Shown here: positions 9,778 to 19,716 of the stretch, one piece after another
Layout of the letters: each line of letters begins with the position of its first letter
Position numbering within the stretch: position 1 is the first letter of the stretch
Source of the DNA: Phycisphaerae bacterium
GTDB taxonomy: Bacteria; Planctomycetota; Phycisphaerae; SM23-33
Direction of reading: 5' to 3'
Length of the DNA stretch: 63,590 nt
Assembly (NCBI GenBank): GCA_003551645.1
Contig: PUND01000065.1
Location: 1-63,590 of the forward strand
Position numbers and translations under genes: made by a program
Notes under the pieces: model-generated
Databases searched by the model: none
The model's input: only the letters and a program-made list of their open reading frames with translations
What the model was told of the DNA's origin: nothing

Positions 9778-11138
9778 CCGTCCTCTCCGGCCGATGCGGC
9801 GGCGTCATTGCGGCGTTTCCGCTCAATAGGACAGACTTCGAAGCATCTCCCGCACGACAGGCACGTGCCTCGGTCGGGCACGTAGTCCGGCCTGCGCCTC
9901 CGGACCGACCATCGCACAAGGCGCATCCCGGCGACAAGGCCGACGAACCCGCCGACGATCATCGCTCCGTGTCTGACTCGCGACCGGACCCGGCCGGCTA
10001 TGGCGTGTATCTCATCCGCACCGAGCGGTTGTCTGTCATAGGCGGCCGCCAGGTCGTGGTCGGTTTCCTCGCCGGCGTCGGCGCGGCGCAGGTGTTCGGC
10101 CAGGCGGACGTGATGGTCCGTCCGGCTGACTGCCGGACCCGCCAGCCAGCCGGCGCACAGACCGGCCGCAATCATCACCGGCCAGAGCACCAGACACACC
10201 GAGAGTCCGAGCTTGCCGAAATGCCGGCCGGGGTCCGGCGCCGACGGCGCCTCGATCGCGTTGTACGGGCAGGAGTTCTCGCATAGGCGGCACTGCACAC
10301 ATTCGTCGGGTGTTATTGTTACGTGCCACTTGCTCAGCCGGCTCAACGGCCTTAGCAGCACGCTGTACGGGCAGATGTAGCGGCAATACGGCCTGGCGAC
10401 GAAAACGCCCACCAGCAGCATCACCCCGCCCAGAATCAGCAGGTCCACACGCCCGGCGACGGAAAAGCTCACACGGCCGGCTTCGCCCATCGCCACCTGT
10501 TCTATCCATTTGCCCACCGGAACCAGACGGAAGATACTCACGAACGGGTCGAACCGGCAGATGAGGAACACCGTTCCGCTGAAGGCCAGCAGCACCGCCG
10601 CGGCCAGATAAGCCACCGCGAACAAGCTCAGCCCCGCCTCAATCGGACGGGGGATTTTCAGCGCCTTCAGCGCCACCACGTCCTGTATCGCCCCCAGCGG
10701 ACAGACCCCGCCGCAGAATGTCCGCCCGAACAGCAGCGTCCCGAAAAGCGGCAACAGGAGGAACGCGATTATCGGAAAGCTGACCGCGTAGCCGTCGCCG
10801 CCGATGCTCAATGCCGCGTTCTGGACCGCGCCTATCGAGCAGACGCAGCCCAGCCGGTAGAAACCGAAATAAAACAACGAAAGCAGCATCACCACCGCTA
10901 TGCCCCGTCGGGAGCGCCTCTTGAACGCAAACCACGAGGCCGCCACGATGGCGCCGGCGAGCACTGCCGCATCCACGTATTCAATGTGCCGCCAGATGCC
11001 CTGGCGCGGTTCGGGAGTAGTGGTCTCCGGCAGCGGCTCGTCCAGTTCCGGCGTGGGGAAGCGCAGATCCGCCGTCGCTGCCCCCGACAGCAGCATCAGC
11101 AGTATCAGGATAATTCCGGCGTGGCGCGTCGAGGTCAT
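9774..11138 (-). CDS. Polytopic membrane 4Fe-4S protein (NapH/MauN/NosR-C-like)
   Basis: GCVCSIG, RTFCGGVCPLG, RPYCRYICPY, CVQCRLCENSCP, CLSCGRCFEVCP and multiple TM helices. Confidence 0.88.
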   Translation of the reverse strand: MTSTRHAGIILILLMLLSGAATADLRFPTPELDEPLPETTTPEPRQGIWRHIEYVDAAVLAGAIVAASWFAFKRRSRRGIAVVMLLSLFYFGFYRLGCVCSIGAVQNAALSIGGDGYAVSFPIIAFLLLPLFGTLLFGRTFCGGVCPLGAIQDVVALKALKIPRPIEAGLSLFAVAYLAAAVLLAFSGTVFLICRFDPFVSIFRLVPVGKWIEQVAMGEAGRVSFSVAGRVDLLILGGVMLLVGVFVARPYCRYICPYSVLLRPLSRLSKWHVTITPDECVQCRLCENSCPYNAIEAPSAPDPGRHFGKLGLSVCLVLWPVMIAAGLCAGWLAGPAVSRTDHHVRLAEHLRRADAGEETDHDLAAAYDRQPLGADEIHAIAGRVRSRVRHGAMIVGGFVGLVAGMRLVRWSVRRRRPDYVPDRGTCLSCGRCFEVCPIERKRRNDAAASAGEDG

Positions 11139-11140
11139 AA

Positions 11141-11710
11141 TCAGCGTGTCTTAAGCAGGTAGGGCTGGTCGGCGGGAACTCGGCGGAAGGCGTCGGCGGG
11201 ACAGGCAGGTGCTATGGTGCATTTGTTGCAGTTCACACAGCGGTCGTGACGTACCTGCAGAAACAGCGAGCCGTTACCAAACCGCTCGCAGCCGTCAACA
11301 CACTTGCCGCAGCCGATGCAAAGCTCCTCGTCTATGGAATATTCGTAGTAGGGGTCCTTCTTGAACGTCCTGACAATCGCGCCGGTCGGGCAAAGCTGGT
11401 TCTCGGCCGCTGTCGTCAGCTCGGTGGCCTTGGGGTCGAAGTAGCCGGTGCACAGCTCGCAGTAGCCGCATATCTCGTATGCGTGCACGGCCTTGACGGC
11501 CGAGGGGTCCAGCACGCAACGGGTGGCGCAATTCCCACACTTGACGCACTTGTCCGGGTCCAGTTGCCAGACGGTGTCGCCCTTGCCGGCGACGGCCTCG
11601 GATATCAGCCCCGCCGTACCGCCGGCCAGCACGACAACGCCGCCCGCCTGCAGGCCCCGGCGCAGCAGTTCACGCCGGGTGAGCTTGGGTTTGTCGTCGC
11701 GGTCAGTCAC
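11141..11710 (-). CDS. Tat-signal polyferredoxin (NapG/MauM-like, 16 Cys, up to 4x[4Fe-4S])
   Basis: LTRRELL twin-arginine motif with hydrophobic core; CVKCGNC..C, CGYCELC, CP, CIGCGKCVDGC, CVNCNKC, CP. Confidence 0.85.
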   Translation of the reverse strand: MTDRDDKPKLTRRELLRRGLQAGGVVVLAGGTAGLISEAVAGKGDTVWQLDPDKCVKCGNCATRCVLDPSAVKAVHAYEICGYCELCTGYFDPKATELTTAAENQLCPTGAIVRTFKKDPYYEYSIDEELCIGCGKCVDGCERFGNGSLFLQVRHDRCVNCNKCTIAPACPADAFRRVPADQPYLLKTR

Positions 11711-11960
11711 GTTCGGCTCCGCGGGTGTTCTGGCGGTAAGACATCGCCTGCGGCAGTCGGCAGCCGGAGACCGCCGAGCAGTCGCGGCAGATGAATTCGT
11801 TGATGCATGTCTCGGCCTGCCGGTCGCCGCGCCGCAGGAGGTTCTTGCCGGTCATTGTCGCACCGGCGGCCACCAGCGCGCCCGCTGCCAGCCATCGCAG
11901 GCCGCCGGCCAATAGCTCCCGCCTGGTCAGGTTCTTCGCGTCCTCTTTACGTCCGTCCAT
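11703..11960 (-). CDS. Small Tat-motif protein with a four-Cys motif (hypothetical)
   Basis: 85 aa; LTRRELL, a hydrophobic helix and C-x5-C-x2-C-x5-C. It overlaps both neighbouring genes, consistent with translational coupling. Confidence 0.7.
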   Translation of the reverse strand: MDGRKEDAKNLTRRELLAGGLRWLAAGALVAAGATMTGKNLLRRGDRQAETCINEFICRDCSAVSGCRLPQAMSYRQNTRGAERD

Positions 11961-12964
11961 CAGTCGCTCCGTTGTTTCGGCTCGAAAATGCGCACCTCGG
12001 CTTTGATGGCATCCAGCACGTGGATTCGGTCGCGGCTGTCCACAGCCAGTTCCAGCCGCTCGGTGTCGGCGTCGAATTCCGTGGCCAACGCGACCACGGA
12101 CAGGAACCGCCCGTGCGGGTCATAGAGTTTAACGCGCGGCAGGCCCTTTTCGGCCGTAACTACCCGGCCGTCGGACAGGACCGCCACGTTGGTGGGGTTG
12201 CAGCAGCCGCAGAAGCCCTCGATATCCCGCATGGACGGCTCGCCCCAGCTCAGCTCCAGACCTCCGTCGGGCGTATAGGTCTCCACCCGCCATCGGCCGG
12301 GGTTGGTCACACGAATCAGCCCGTCCGCTCCGGCGGCGATATCCAGGCACAGCGCCCGGACCAGCAGGCCTGGTATATCCCACTGCTCATCCGCCTCGCC
12401 GAGCCGGCCGATCGGATTTCCGGACAGGTCCAGTCGATGCACTACCGCGTTGCCGGCGTCGGCCGCAAAGACATCTTCGCCCATCACCGCCAGGCCGGTC
12501 AGCATTGTCCGTTCGTCGAACGGCTCCCATTCATCGAGCATGTCGCCGTCCGGGCCGTACACCTCCACCCGGTCTATCATCCCGACGTACACCGTGCCTT
12601 CGTCCGCCACGGCCAGGCACGTCGCCTGTCCGCCGGTTTCAAACCGTCGGATGGTTTCACCGTCCGGATTGACGCTCCGCAGTTCGGCATCCCCGGCGAT
12701 ATACAGGACATCGTCCGGGCCGACAGCGATTGCCCGCGGGGTTTCCACACCGGCCGGAATCGCATCGACCTGCCGGTAACCCACGCGGTCGGCGCCGAGG
12801 TCTTTCAGCTCCGAGATGTCGTAGCGGAACTCCTGACCGACCCGGCCGCCCGGCCGACCGGTGCCTTCGCCGGTGAATATCACCCATAGCGTCACCCCCA
12901 GGGCCACGCCCACCACGGCCGCCGGCAGGGCAATCTTCACCAGTCTGTTTAGCGATTCGGACAT
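11960..12964 (-). CDS. Membrane-anchored NHL-repeat beta-propeller with an FCGCCNP motif
   Basis: N-terminal TM segment, NHL-like repeats (PRAIAVGPDDVLYIAG, GLAVMGEDVFAADAGN) and GFCGCCNPTNVAV. Confidence 0.8.
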   Translation of the reverse strand: MSESLNRLVKIALPAAVVGVALGVTLWVIFTGEGTGRPGGRVGQEFRYDISELKDLGADRVGYRQVDAIPAGVETPRAIAVGPDDVLYIAGDAELRSVNPDGETIRRFETGGQATCLAVADEGTVYVGMIDRVEVYGPDGDMLDEWEPFDERTMLTGLAVMGEDVFAADAGNAVVHRLDLSGNPIGRLGEADEQWDIPGLLVRALCLDIAAGADGLIRVTNPGRWRVETYTPDGGLELSWGEPSMRDIEGFCGCCNPTNVAVLSDGRVVTAEKGLPRVKLYDPHGRFLSVVALATEFDADTERLELAVDSRDRIHVLDAIKAEVRIFEPKQRSD

Positions 12965-13039
12965 CCTGTCTCACCAGTCAGCCGGCGGAACACAAACGCC
13001 GGCAGGCACGACGGCTCCTGTCTTCAAACATCCGTGTAT

Positions 13040-13055
13040 ATCCGCGTTCATCCCT
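13040..13055. repeat. Dispersed 16-bp intergenic repeat ATCCGCGTTCATCCCT, copy 1
   Basis: Exact match at 49059-49074. Preceded here by the related unit ATCCGTGTAT. Confidence 0.75.
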
Positions 13056-13096
13056 GCTCAGCTTCCAGCAAATGCCGCCAGGGTTCTGTCTCGGTA

Positions 13097-14497
13097 TCAC
13101 GGCTGCGCCTCGGCCGACACATCCAGGCAACGCATCCGCCCGAGGTCTCTTACCAGCAGCTTCCCGCCGGCCAGCGCGGGCGGGCCCCACGCCTCCGGGC
13201 CGGGCAGCACCCGGGCCTGCGCGATCTGCCGATACCCCTTCGGCGTCGCCTCCACCATCGTAAGCGTTCCGTCATCGTCAATAAGGTATATAACGCCGTC
13301 GGCGAGCAGGTATCCGCCCAGTCCGAAGCGATGCTCCCTGCCGCTGGTCCAGATGATATTGCCGTCAAGGTCCAGACAGACCAGCCGGCCGTCGGCTCGG
13401 ACACCGTAAATGTGGTCCTCATAAAGGACAGGCGTCTGCTGTTCGGCGCCGAATTCACTCGCCGACAGACGCCATTTCTCGACTGGTTCAATCCCACCGT
13501 CGTTCTGTCGGAGCTGGAGCATCATGCTGCCGGCGTTGTACCCGCCGGTAAGCAGAATCCGCCCGTCGGGAACGATAACCGGGCTGGGCACGGTTGCGAT
13601 GCTGATGCGCCAGGCGTCCGTGTGCCAGAGTATCTCGCCGTCGTCGGCACATACCCCGACGACGCCCCCGCTGCCGCAGTACACGTACATCCGCCTGTCG
13701 GCGAAGTCCATCGGCATCACCGAGCTGTGGGTCATGTCCCAGCCGAACTCGTTCGGTGTCTCCCATACCTTCTCGCCGCTTTCGGCGTCGATCGCCGTCA
13801 GCAGCACATCATCGCCGGCGGGGGCAAGTATAACTCGACCATCATCGATGAGCGGGCACTGTCCGGCGTACCAGGGGGGGACCCTGGTGCCGTATTCGGA
13901 GACCATGTCGATGCCCCAGAGGTACTCGCCGGTCTCGGCCTCCAGGGCCATGACGTGGCACTTCGGCCCCAGCGTTACCAGCACACCGTCGGCCAGGGCG
14001 GGCACGGTCCTGCTCATGCCGTGATTGCGGCGGATGTCCACCGGCACCGACCGGCGGTAGATTTCCCTGCCGTCGTCGAGGTTGATGCAGCGAAGGGCAT
14101 TGGCGCGGTTCTCCACGTCGTAGTCCAGCACGTAGGCCCTGCCGTCTTTGACCGCGGCCGCGGCGTAACCCTCCCCCAGCGAAACCTCCCAGAGTACAGG
14201 CGGGCCGTCGTCGGGCCAGTCTCTAGCCAGTTCGGCGGCCGATCGCGCTATGCCGTCGCGCGCCGGTCCGCGGAACTGCGGCCAGGCGTCCGCCGTGGGT
14301 TCCCCGGGCGGTACGTCGAAGGTCTCCAGCGTACCGGGCAGGGCCGGCTCGGCCGGCGCATCCTGACGGGGGGCTTCGTCTATACCCGGCTCGCGCCGTA
14401 CCAGCTCCGGGGCGCCGTCGCCGGCGGCGAGCAGCCAGAAAGACAGCACCGCTATTAGCACGGCTGCTGCGAAGATTGGGAGTATCCGGGCGAGCAC
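13097..14497 (-). CDS. Membrane-anchored PQQ/BamB-like beta-propeller protein
   Basis: N-terminal TM segment, AWPQFRGPARDG and blades ending in W..P/SSP. Confidence 0.88.
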   Translation of the reverse strand: MLARILPIFAAAVLIAVLSFWLLAAGDGAPELVRREPGIDEAPRQDAPAEPALPGTLETFDVPPGEPTADAWPQFRGPARDGIARSAAELARDWPDDGPPVLWEVSLGEGYAAAAVKDGRAYVLDYDVENRANALRCINLDDGREIYRRSVPVDIRRNHGMSRTVPALADGVLVTLGPKCHVMALEAETGEYLWGIDMVSEYGTRVPPWYAGQCPLIDDGRVILAPAGDDVLLTAIDAESGEKVWETPNEFGWDMTHSSVMPMDFADRRMYVYCGSGGVVGVCADDGEILWHTDAWRISIATVPSPVIVPDGRILLTGGYNAGSMMLQLRQNDGGIEPVEKWRLSASEFGAEQQTPVLYEDHIYGVRADGRLVCLDLDGNIIWTSGREHRFGLGGYLLADGVIYLIDDDGTLTMVEATPKGYRQIAQARVLPGPEAWGPPALAGGKLLVRDLGRMRCLDVSAEAQP

Positions 14498-14650
14498 TGA
14501 TGTTCCGGTGCGGTCTGTCGGCTTGAACCTCGACAGGCGGCAGTGTACATTAATCTACCCACCATTTTTGTCTTTATGCTCCTGAAAACCAAGAGATTTT
14601 GCGGGCCGACCGGCCCTGAAACAGGTTCAACCCCGATAAGGGGGCCGATT

Positions 14651-15889
14651 ATGCCAAAGATTGCGGCTTTGCTGTGCGCGTTTCTGTGTGTCGGTGTTCT
14701 GATGCACTTGTATCCCCCCGCGGCAAGCGCCGAGGATAGCGCCGTGTCCGACTGGCCGCAGTTCCTCGGCCCGAACCGCGACGGCACCACCCCGGAAAGC
14801 GGCTGGCGAACCGACTGGGACGACCAACCGCCCGAAAAGCTCTGGGAAAGAGACGTCGGCACCGGCTACGGCAGCGTGGCCGTCCGCGACGGCCGGGTGT
14901 ACACCATGGGCAACGCGGACCGAACACAGGACGTGGTCTGGTGTCTTGACGCCTCCTCCGGCGAGGTTATCTGGAGGCACAGCTATCGGCAGCGGGGCGC
15001 CGGCGCCGGCTACCCAGGCCCGAGGGCGACGCCGACACTCGACGGCGACCACGTTTACTCCTTCAGCATTGAGGGCAAACTGCTGTGTCTGGACGATTCC
15101 CGCGACGGCGAGGTCGTCTGGAGCAGGGACGTGGTGGACGATTTTTCCGGAACAGCCGGGCAGTGGGGCTTCGCCTCGTCGCCGCTGGTGCTGGGTGAGA
15201 AGCTCATCGTGGACGCCGGGACGGTCCTCGCACTGGACAAGAACACGGGCGAGCTTATATGGCGGACCGGCGACTACCGGGCCGGCTACAGCTCCCCTGT
15301 GGCGTTCGAACGAGACGGCGAGACGCTGCTGGCGATATTCAACGCCTCCGGCCTGGTGATCCTCAACGCCGAGGACGGCGAGAAGATCGCCGAGCACCGC
15401 TGGCGGACCGCCCATGACGTCAACGCGGCCCTGCCCCTGATTGACGGGGACCACATCTTCATCACCTCCGGCTACCGAAGCGGCGGGGCGCTGCTGAAGC
15501 TGACCGATGAGGGGCTTGAGGAAATCTGGCAAAACCGTGCCCTGGGCAGCCAGTTCTCCAGCGTGATACTCAGGGACGGCTACCTCTACGGCTTCGACGG
15601 CAACGTCGGTGGCGCGCGGATGAAGTGCGTGGAGCTGGAGACCGGCCGGGAGGTCTGGCAGCACCGCGAGTCCGGCGCGATGATACTCGCCGGCGACAAG
15701 TTCCTCATACAGGGCCACGCGGGCCGACTGGCCGTGGCCAGGCCGACGCCCGAGGAGTACGAAGAACTGTCGTCGTTTACTCTGCCGCGCGACCGATGGT
15801 GGAATATCGCCGTACTCGCCGAAGGCCGCATATACGCGCGTAGCCACGGCGGAAAACTGGTCTGCCTGGACGTCAGCGAAGAACAGTAA
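14651..15889 (+). CDS. Secreted PQQ/BamB-like beta-propeller protein
   Basis: Sec signal (ASA-ED), DWPQFLGPNRDG, ATPTLDG and FASSPLV. ATG at 14651. Confidence 0.88.
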   Translation: MPKIAALLCAFLCVGVLMHLYPPAASAEDSAVSDWPQFLGPNRDGTTPESGWRTDWDDQPPEKLWERDVGTGYGSVAVRDGRVYTMGNADRTQDVVWCLDASSGEVIWRHSYRQRGAGAGYPGPRATPTLDGDHVYSFSIEGKLLCLDDSRDGEVVWSRDVVDDFSGTAGQWGFASSPLVLGEKLIVDAGTVLALDKNTGELIWRTGDYRAGYSSPVAFERDGETLLAIFNASGLVILNAEDGEKIAEHRWRTAHDVNAALPLIDGDHIFITSGYRSGGALLKLTDEGLEEIWQNRALGSQFSSVILRDGYLYGFDGNVGGARMKCVELETGREVWQHRESGAMILAGDKFLIQGHAGRLAVARPTPEEYEELSSFTLPRDRWWNIAVLAEGRIYARSHGGKLVCLDVSEEQ

Positions 15890-15923
15890 AACACCCCACA
15901 ACCCCAAACGCGAGGAACACAAA

Positions 15924-17306
15924 ATGAGAACTAACACCGTCGCCCTGTGTCTGGCTGCCCTGGTCGCCTCCTGCGCCGCGGCCAGCCCGCCTGTTGGCTG
16001 GCGGGGCGACGGAACCGGGCGCTACCCGGACTCCGAAGCGCCGAAGGAATGGTCCGCTGAGCGGAACGTATTGTGGTTTGCGGAAACCTCTGAATGGTCC
16101 AACACGATGCCGACCATCGTGGGCGACCGGATTTTCATAACCGCCGAGCCGGCGACCCTGATATGCCTAGACGCATCGGACGGCTCGGTCCTCTGGCAGG
16201 CCGAGAACGATTACGAAAGCATTCTCCGCGAGGAGGAACTGGCCCGCGCCGAAAAGGCCCGGGAGCTTAACCGTGAGCTTTCCAGTCTGCGAGGCGAACA
16301 CCGCCGCACCCGCCGGGAGGCCGAACGCGCCGAGGATGAGCCGGAAAAGGCCGCCGAACTCGCACAGCAGGTCGAGAAACTCCAGGAGCAGGTGGATGAG
16401 TTGCAGCAGCGCCTGGCGTCCTACAGGGAATACCTCAAGCCCGACACCCACGGCACCAACGGCTATTCCTCGGCGACCGTCGTCAGCGACGGCCGATACG
16501 TTCACGCGCTTTTCGGCATCGGTGTGGCCGTCTCTTACGACATGGAAGGTAACCGCCGCTGGGCAAGGCGCGTCGATAAGCCCCGCAGCGGCTGGGGCCA
16601 CAGTGCATCTCCGGTTTTGGCGGACGGCAAGCTGATAGTGCATGTTACCGACGTGGTTGCGCTGAATACCGACGACGGTGAAGAGATATGGCGCACGCCC
16701 GCCAAGGCCAGCTTCGGCACACCCGTGGTGGCCTCGGCCGACGGCGGCGACGTGATCATCACACCCCGCGGCGACTTCATCAGGGCCTCGGACGGCGAGA
16801 AACTCGGCTCGGTCGCCGCGGGCCTTGAGTACAACTCACCCGTAATCCAGGACGGAGTGGTGTATTTCGTCGCCAACCAAAGAGGCAGGGCAACAGCCGT
16901 CAAGCTTCCGGAAAAGCCGGAGCCATTCGACGCGGAACCCCTCTGGCAGGTGGATATCACACGCAATCGGTACTACGGGTCGCCGGTTTACCGCGACGGC
17001 AGGATTTACGCCGTCACACAGAGCCACCAGTTGACCGTCCTGGACGCCTCCAACGGCGAGGCCATATACGAGATGAGGATCCCCGATATGCCCGGCCTGG
17101 TCTATTCAAGCATCACCATGACACGCAACGCACTGCTGATAAGCACCGAGCGGGGCGCGACCGTTCTGCTCGCGCCCGGTGATGAATACGAGGAACTCGG
17201 CCGGGGCCGCCTGGATACCTTCCGCAGCACTCCGGTGTTCGACTCCGGAAGGATGTACATACGCACACGGTCGGGGCTGTACTGCATCGCACCCGAGGAC
17301 AATTGA
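15924..17306 (+). CDS. Secreted PQQ/BamB-like beta-propeller with a coiled-coil insertion
   Basis: Signal peptide, GWRGDGTGRY, a ~70 aa Glu/Arg-rich helical insert, HSASPVL and STPVF. Confidence 0.82.
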   Translation: MRTNTVALCLAALVASCAAASPPVGWRGDGTGRYPDSEAPKEWSAERNVLWFAETSEWSNTMPTIVGDRIFITAEPATLICLDASDGSVLWQAENDYESILREEELARAEKARELNRELSSLRGEHRRTRREAERAEDEPEKAAELAQQVEKLQEQVDELQQRLASYREYLKPDTHGTNGYSSATVVSDGRYVHALFGIGVAVSYDMEGNRRWARRVDKPRSGWGHSASPVLADGKLIVHVTDVVALNTDDGEEIWRTPAKASFGTPVVASADGGDVIITPRGDFIRASDGEKLGSVAAGLEYNSPVIQDGVVYFVANQRGRATAVKLPEKPEPFDAEPLWQVDITRNRYYGSPVYRDGRIYAVTQSHQLTVLDASNGEAIYEMRIPDMPGLVYSSITMTRNALLISTERGATVLLAPGDEYEELGRGRLDTFRSTPVFDSGRMYIRTRSGLYCIAPEDN

Positions 17307-18163
17307 CCATGGAATCACCCGCGGATGTGTTGTTTTGCCGCTGCGCATACGCCGGCCTCACAGACCCCGCCGAATGTGAACGTCTGCTCGCTGGGCTGCG
17401 GGCGGCGGGGCTTTCCTGCAGCCCTATACCTGACCTGTGCTCGCTGGTCGAAAGACGCGACCCGATACTGAGCGAGACCGCCGGGCGGCGGCGGCCGGTG
17501 ATCGTCGCCTGTCGGCCGAGGGCGGTGCGGGCACTGTTCGCGTACGCCGGGGCGGAGCTTCCCGAAGATGCGGCCGTGACAGACCTTCGCAACACGCCCG
17601 TTGAGGAGGCGCTTGCGGAAATAGTGCCGCCGGAAACACTCCCGGCCGCCCGCGCCGCGGCCGAGGCGGCCGGCGTCGCCGAGCCAAGGCAAGACCCCGA
17701 AGACGGCTGGCTGCCGTGGTTTCCGGTCATCGACTACACACGCTGCACCCACTGCGGTAAGTGCCGTAACTTCTGTCTGTTCGACGTTTACACCACCACC
17801 GACGACGGCCGGGTCGCCGTCTCGGCGCCGCGAAACTGCAAGACCTTCTGCCCGGCCTGTGCCCGCACGTGCCCGGCCGGCGCGATCATCTTCCCCAAAC
17901 ACCCCGATCCGCCCATCGACGGCGGCGAGCCGGACAAACCCTCCAAGGCCGAAGATGCGCCTACACTGGTGCAACAGGATGTGTTCGAGGCATTGAAGGC
18001 CCGCAACCGCCGCCGGCAAGACCCTTGCGAATGCGACTGCGAGAAGGGCGCGGCTGATCCGTCGGAGCAGTTGAAACAGGCCGGGCTTTCCCCCGACAAG
18101 ATAGCCGAGATTTCCCGACGTATTCATGAACATGCCCGGGACAATGAGACCCCCGACAAATAA
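17303..18163 (+). CDS. Ferredoxin-family protein: HdrA-N-like Cys domain plus 2x[4Fe-4S]
   Basis: FCRC..LC..ACRPR N-terminal domain, [24 protein letters not shown] and C-terminal CECDC. Confidence 0.8.
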   Translation: MTMESPADVLFCRCAYAGLTDPAECERLLAGLRAAGLSCSPIPDLCSLVERRDPILSETAGRRRPVIVACRPRAVRALFAYAGAELPEDAAVTDLRNTPVEEALAEIVPPETLPAARAAAEAAGVAEPRQDPEDGWLPWFPVIDYTRCTHCGKCRNFCLFDVYTTTDDGRVAVSAPRNCKTFCPACARTCPAGAIIFPKHPDPPIDGGEPDKPSKAEDAPTLVQQDVFEALKARNRRRQDPCECDCEKGAADPSEQLKQAGLSPDKIAEISRRIHEHARDNETPDK

Positions 18164-19709
18164 CCGCCTCACACCTGCGGTCGTCCTGGTGGCCGACAGG
18201 ACCCTCAGCGCCCGCTACAACGTGCTGTTCGAGGGCATCCTCGCGACTATGCAGACAACTCAGGTCCCGTCGGTGGCGATGCGGCGGCTTCTGTCTCCCT
18301 CGGCGCCGACCGACCGCGACGGCCGGGCCGTAGTCGCTCCGCTGGGGCTGCGAAGGGTGGAAGCCGCGCTGCTGGACGACGGCCTGGACAACGCCGACGT
18401 TGTCGTCACCACACCGGAACGGCTCGAAGACCTGCTCGGCCCGTGGACCATGGTCGTCGCGGTCAGCTCCAGCGACTTCCTCGGCCGGGGCATGAGCAAC
18501 ACCACAACGAGCAATTTCTGGTCCGGCGAGCTTTATACGCGCCGCTGGACACGTCGGATGATGCAACGGATCCTCGATGCGAAACGTCGTTTCGGCTTCT
18601 CGGTCATCGCCGGCGGGGCGGGCGCCTGGCAGTTGGCCCAGAGGCCGCAAGAGGCAGGGCGACTGGGCATTGATACCGTCTTTCAGGGTTACTTCGAATC
18701 CGGCGGCCCGGACACTGTCCGCGATCTCCTGCGGGGCCGCGAAGCCCCGTTCCACATACACCAGCTGCGGACCCGCGCGGCCTGGGCACGGCCGATTCGC
18801 GCGGCGTCCTCGATGGGCGTGGTGGAGCTTTCCCGCGGCTGCGGCAACGGCTGCCAATACTGCACCATGGGCCGGCATGCGATGGAGCACCTGCCGCCGG
18901 AGACCATACTCAGCGACCTTCGGACCAACTGCGAGGCCGGACTACGAAGCGCCGTCAGCAGCAGTGAGGACTTCTTCCGCTACGGCGCCGACCGCGGCCG
19001 GGTCAACTTCGACGCCCTTACAGGCCTGCTCGAACAGGTCCGCCGGATCCCGGTGCGGTTCATGCAGATAGACCACGCCAACATCAGCTCGGTTCTGGAG
19101 TTCTCCGACTCGCAACTGCGGGAAATCCGCCGACTCCTGACGTGGTCGCCCTCGACTCGCTACCTGTGGGTGAACCTCGGCGCCGAGAGCGCGAACGGCG
19201 AGCTGGTCGCGGCCAACGGACCGGGCAAGCTAGGCGGCATCCCGCCGGCCGACTGGCCCGAAGCCGTCATCGAGGCCGCCGACAAGCTCGACCGCACCGG
19301 CTTTTTCCCCGTGTTCAGTCTGGTCCTTGGGCTTCCCGGCGAGACACCCGCCGACGTCCGTGCTACGCTGGACATGGTGCGGCGGCTCGCCAACGGCCGG
19401 GCTGTCATATTCCCGGTGTTCCACGAGCCGATCATGCCCGGCCAGAAGCGATTCGGCATGGCCGAGATGACATCCGAGCACCTGCAACTGTACCGTACTT
19501 GTTACGAGCTGAATTTCCGATGGGTACCGCGGCTGTTCCGCGACAACCAGAGAGTGGGCGGCGTCGGCGGCGTTCGTCGGACGCTGTTCCAGTTGCTGGG
19601 CAGGGCGGAAGTTGTGTCCTGGAGGCGGAACTTCGCTCGCCTTGGCCGGAAACTGCCCGAAAGCCCCACAACCCGCCATCGGCCGGCCGAGATCGCCGCC
19701 GGCGGTTAG
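18144..19709 (+). CDS. Radical SAM enzyme with B12-binding-like N-domain, resembling the GDGT ring synthase (GrsA/B) family
   Basis: CxxxCxxC ([11 protein letters not shown]), [11 protein letters not shown] and LGLPGET. N-terminal VLVADRT..Y and [19 protein letters not shown] match my recollection of the Grs-family pattern. Confidence 0.8.
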   Translation: MRPPTNNRLTPAVVLVADRTLSARYNVLFEGILATMQTTQVPSVAMRRLLSPSAPTDRDGRAVVAPLGLRRVEAALLDDGLDNADVVVTTPERLEDLLGPWTMVVAVSSSDFLGRGMSNTTTSNFWSGELYTRRWTRRMMQRILDAKRRFGFSVIAGGAGAWQLAQRPQEAGRLGIDTVFQGYFESGGPDTVRDLLRGREAPFHIHQLRTRAAWARPIRAASSMGVVELSRGCGNGCQYCTMGRHAMEHLPPETILSDLRTNCEAGLRSAVSSSEDFFRYGADRGRVNFDALTGLLEQVRRIPVRFMQIDHANISSVLEFSDSQLREIRRLLTWSPSTRYLWVNLGAESANGELVAANGPGKLGGIPPADWPEAVIEAADKLDRTGFFPVFSLVLGLPGETPADVRATLDMVRRLANGRAVIFPVFHEPIMPGQKRFGMAEMTSEHLQLYRTCYELNFRWVPRLFRDNQRVGGVGGVRRTLFQLLGRAEVVSWRRNFARLGRKLPESPTTRHRPAEIAAGG

Positions 19710-19716
19710 AATCGCC

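Noticed and set aside
9774-11710. Rnf complex call
   Set aside because: No RnfC/D/G/E/A genes; the architecture fits NapGH/MauMN better.
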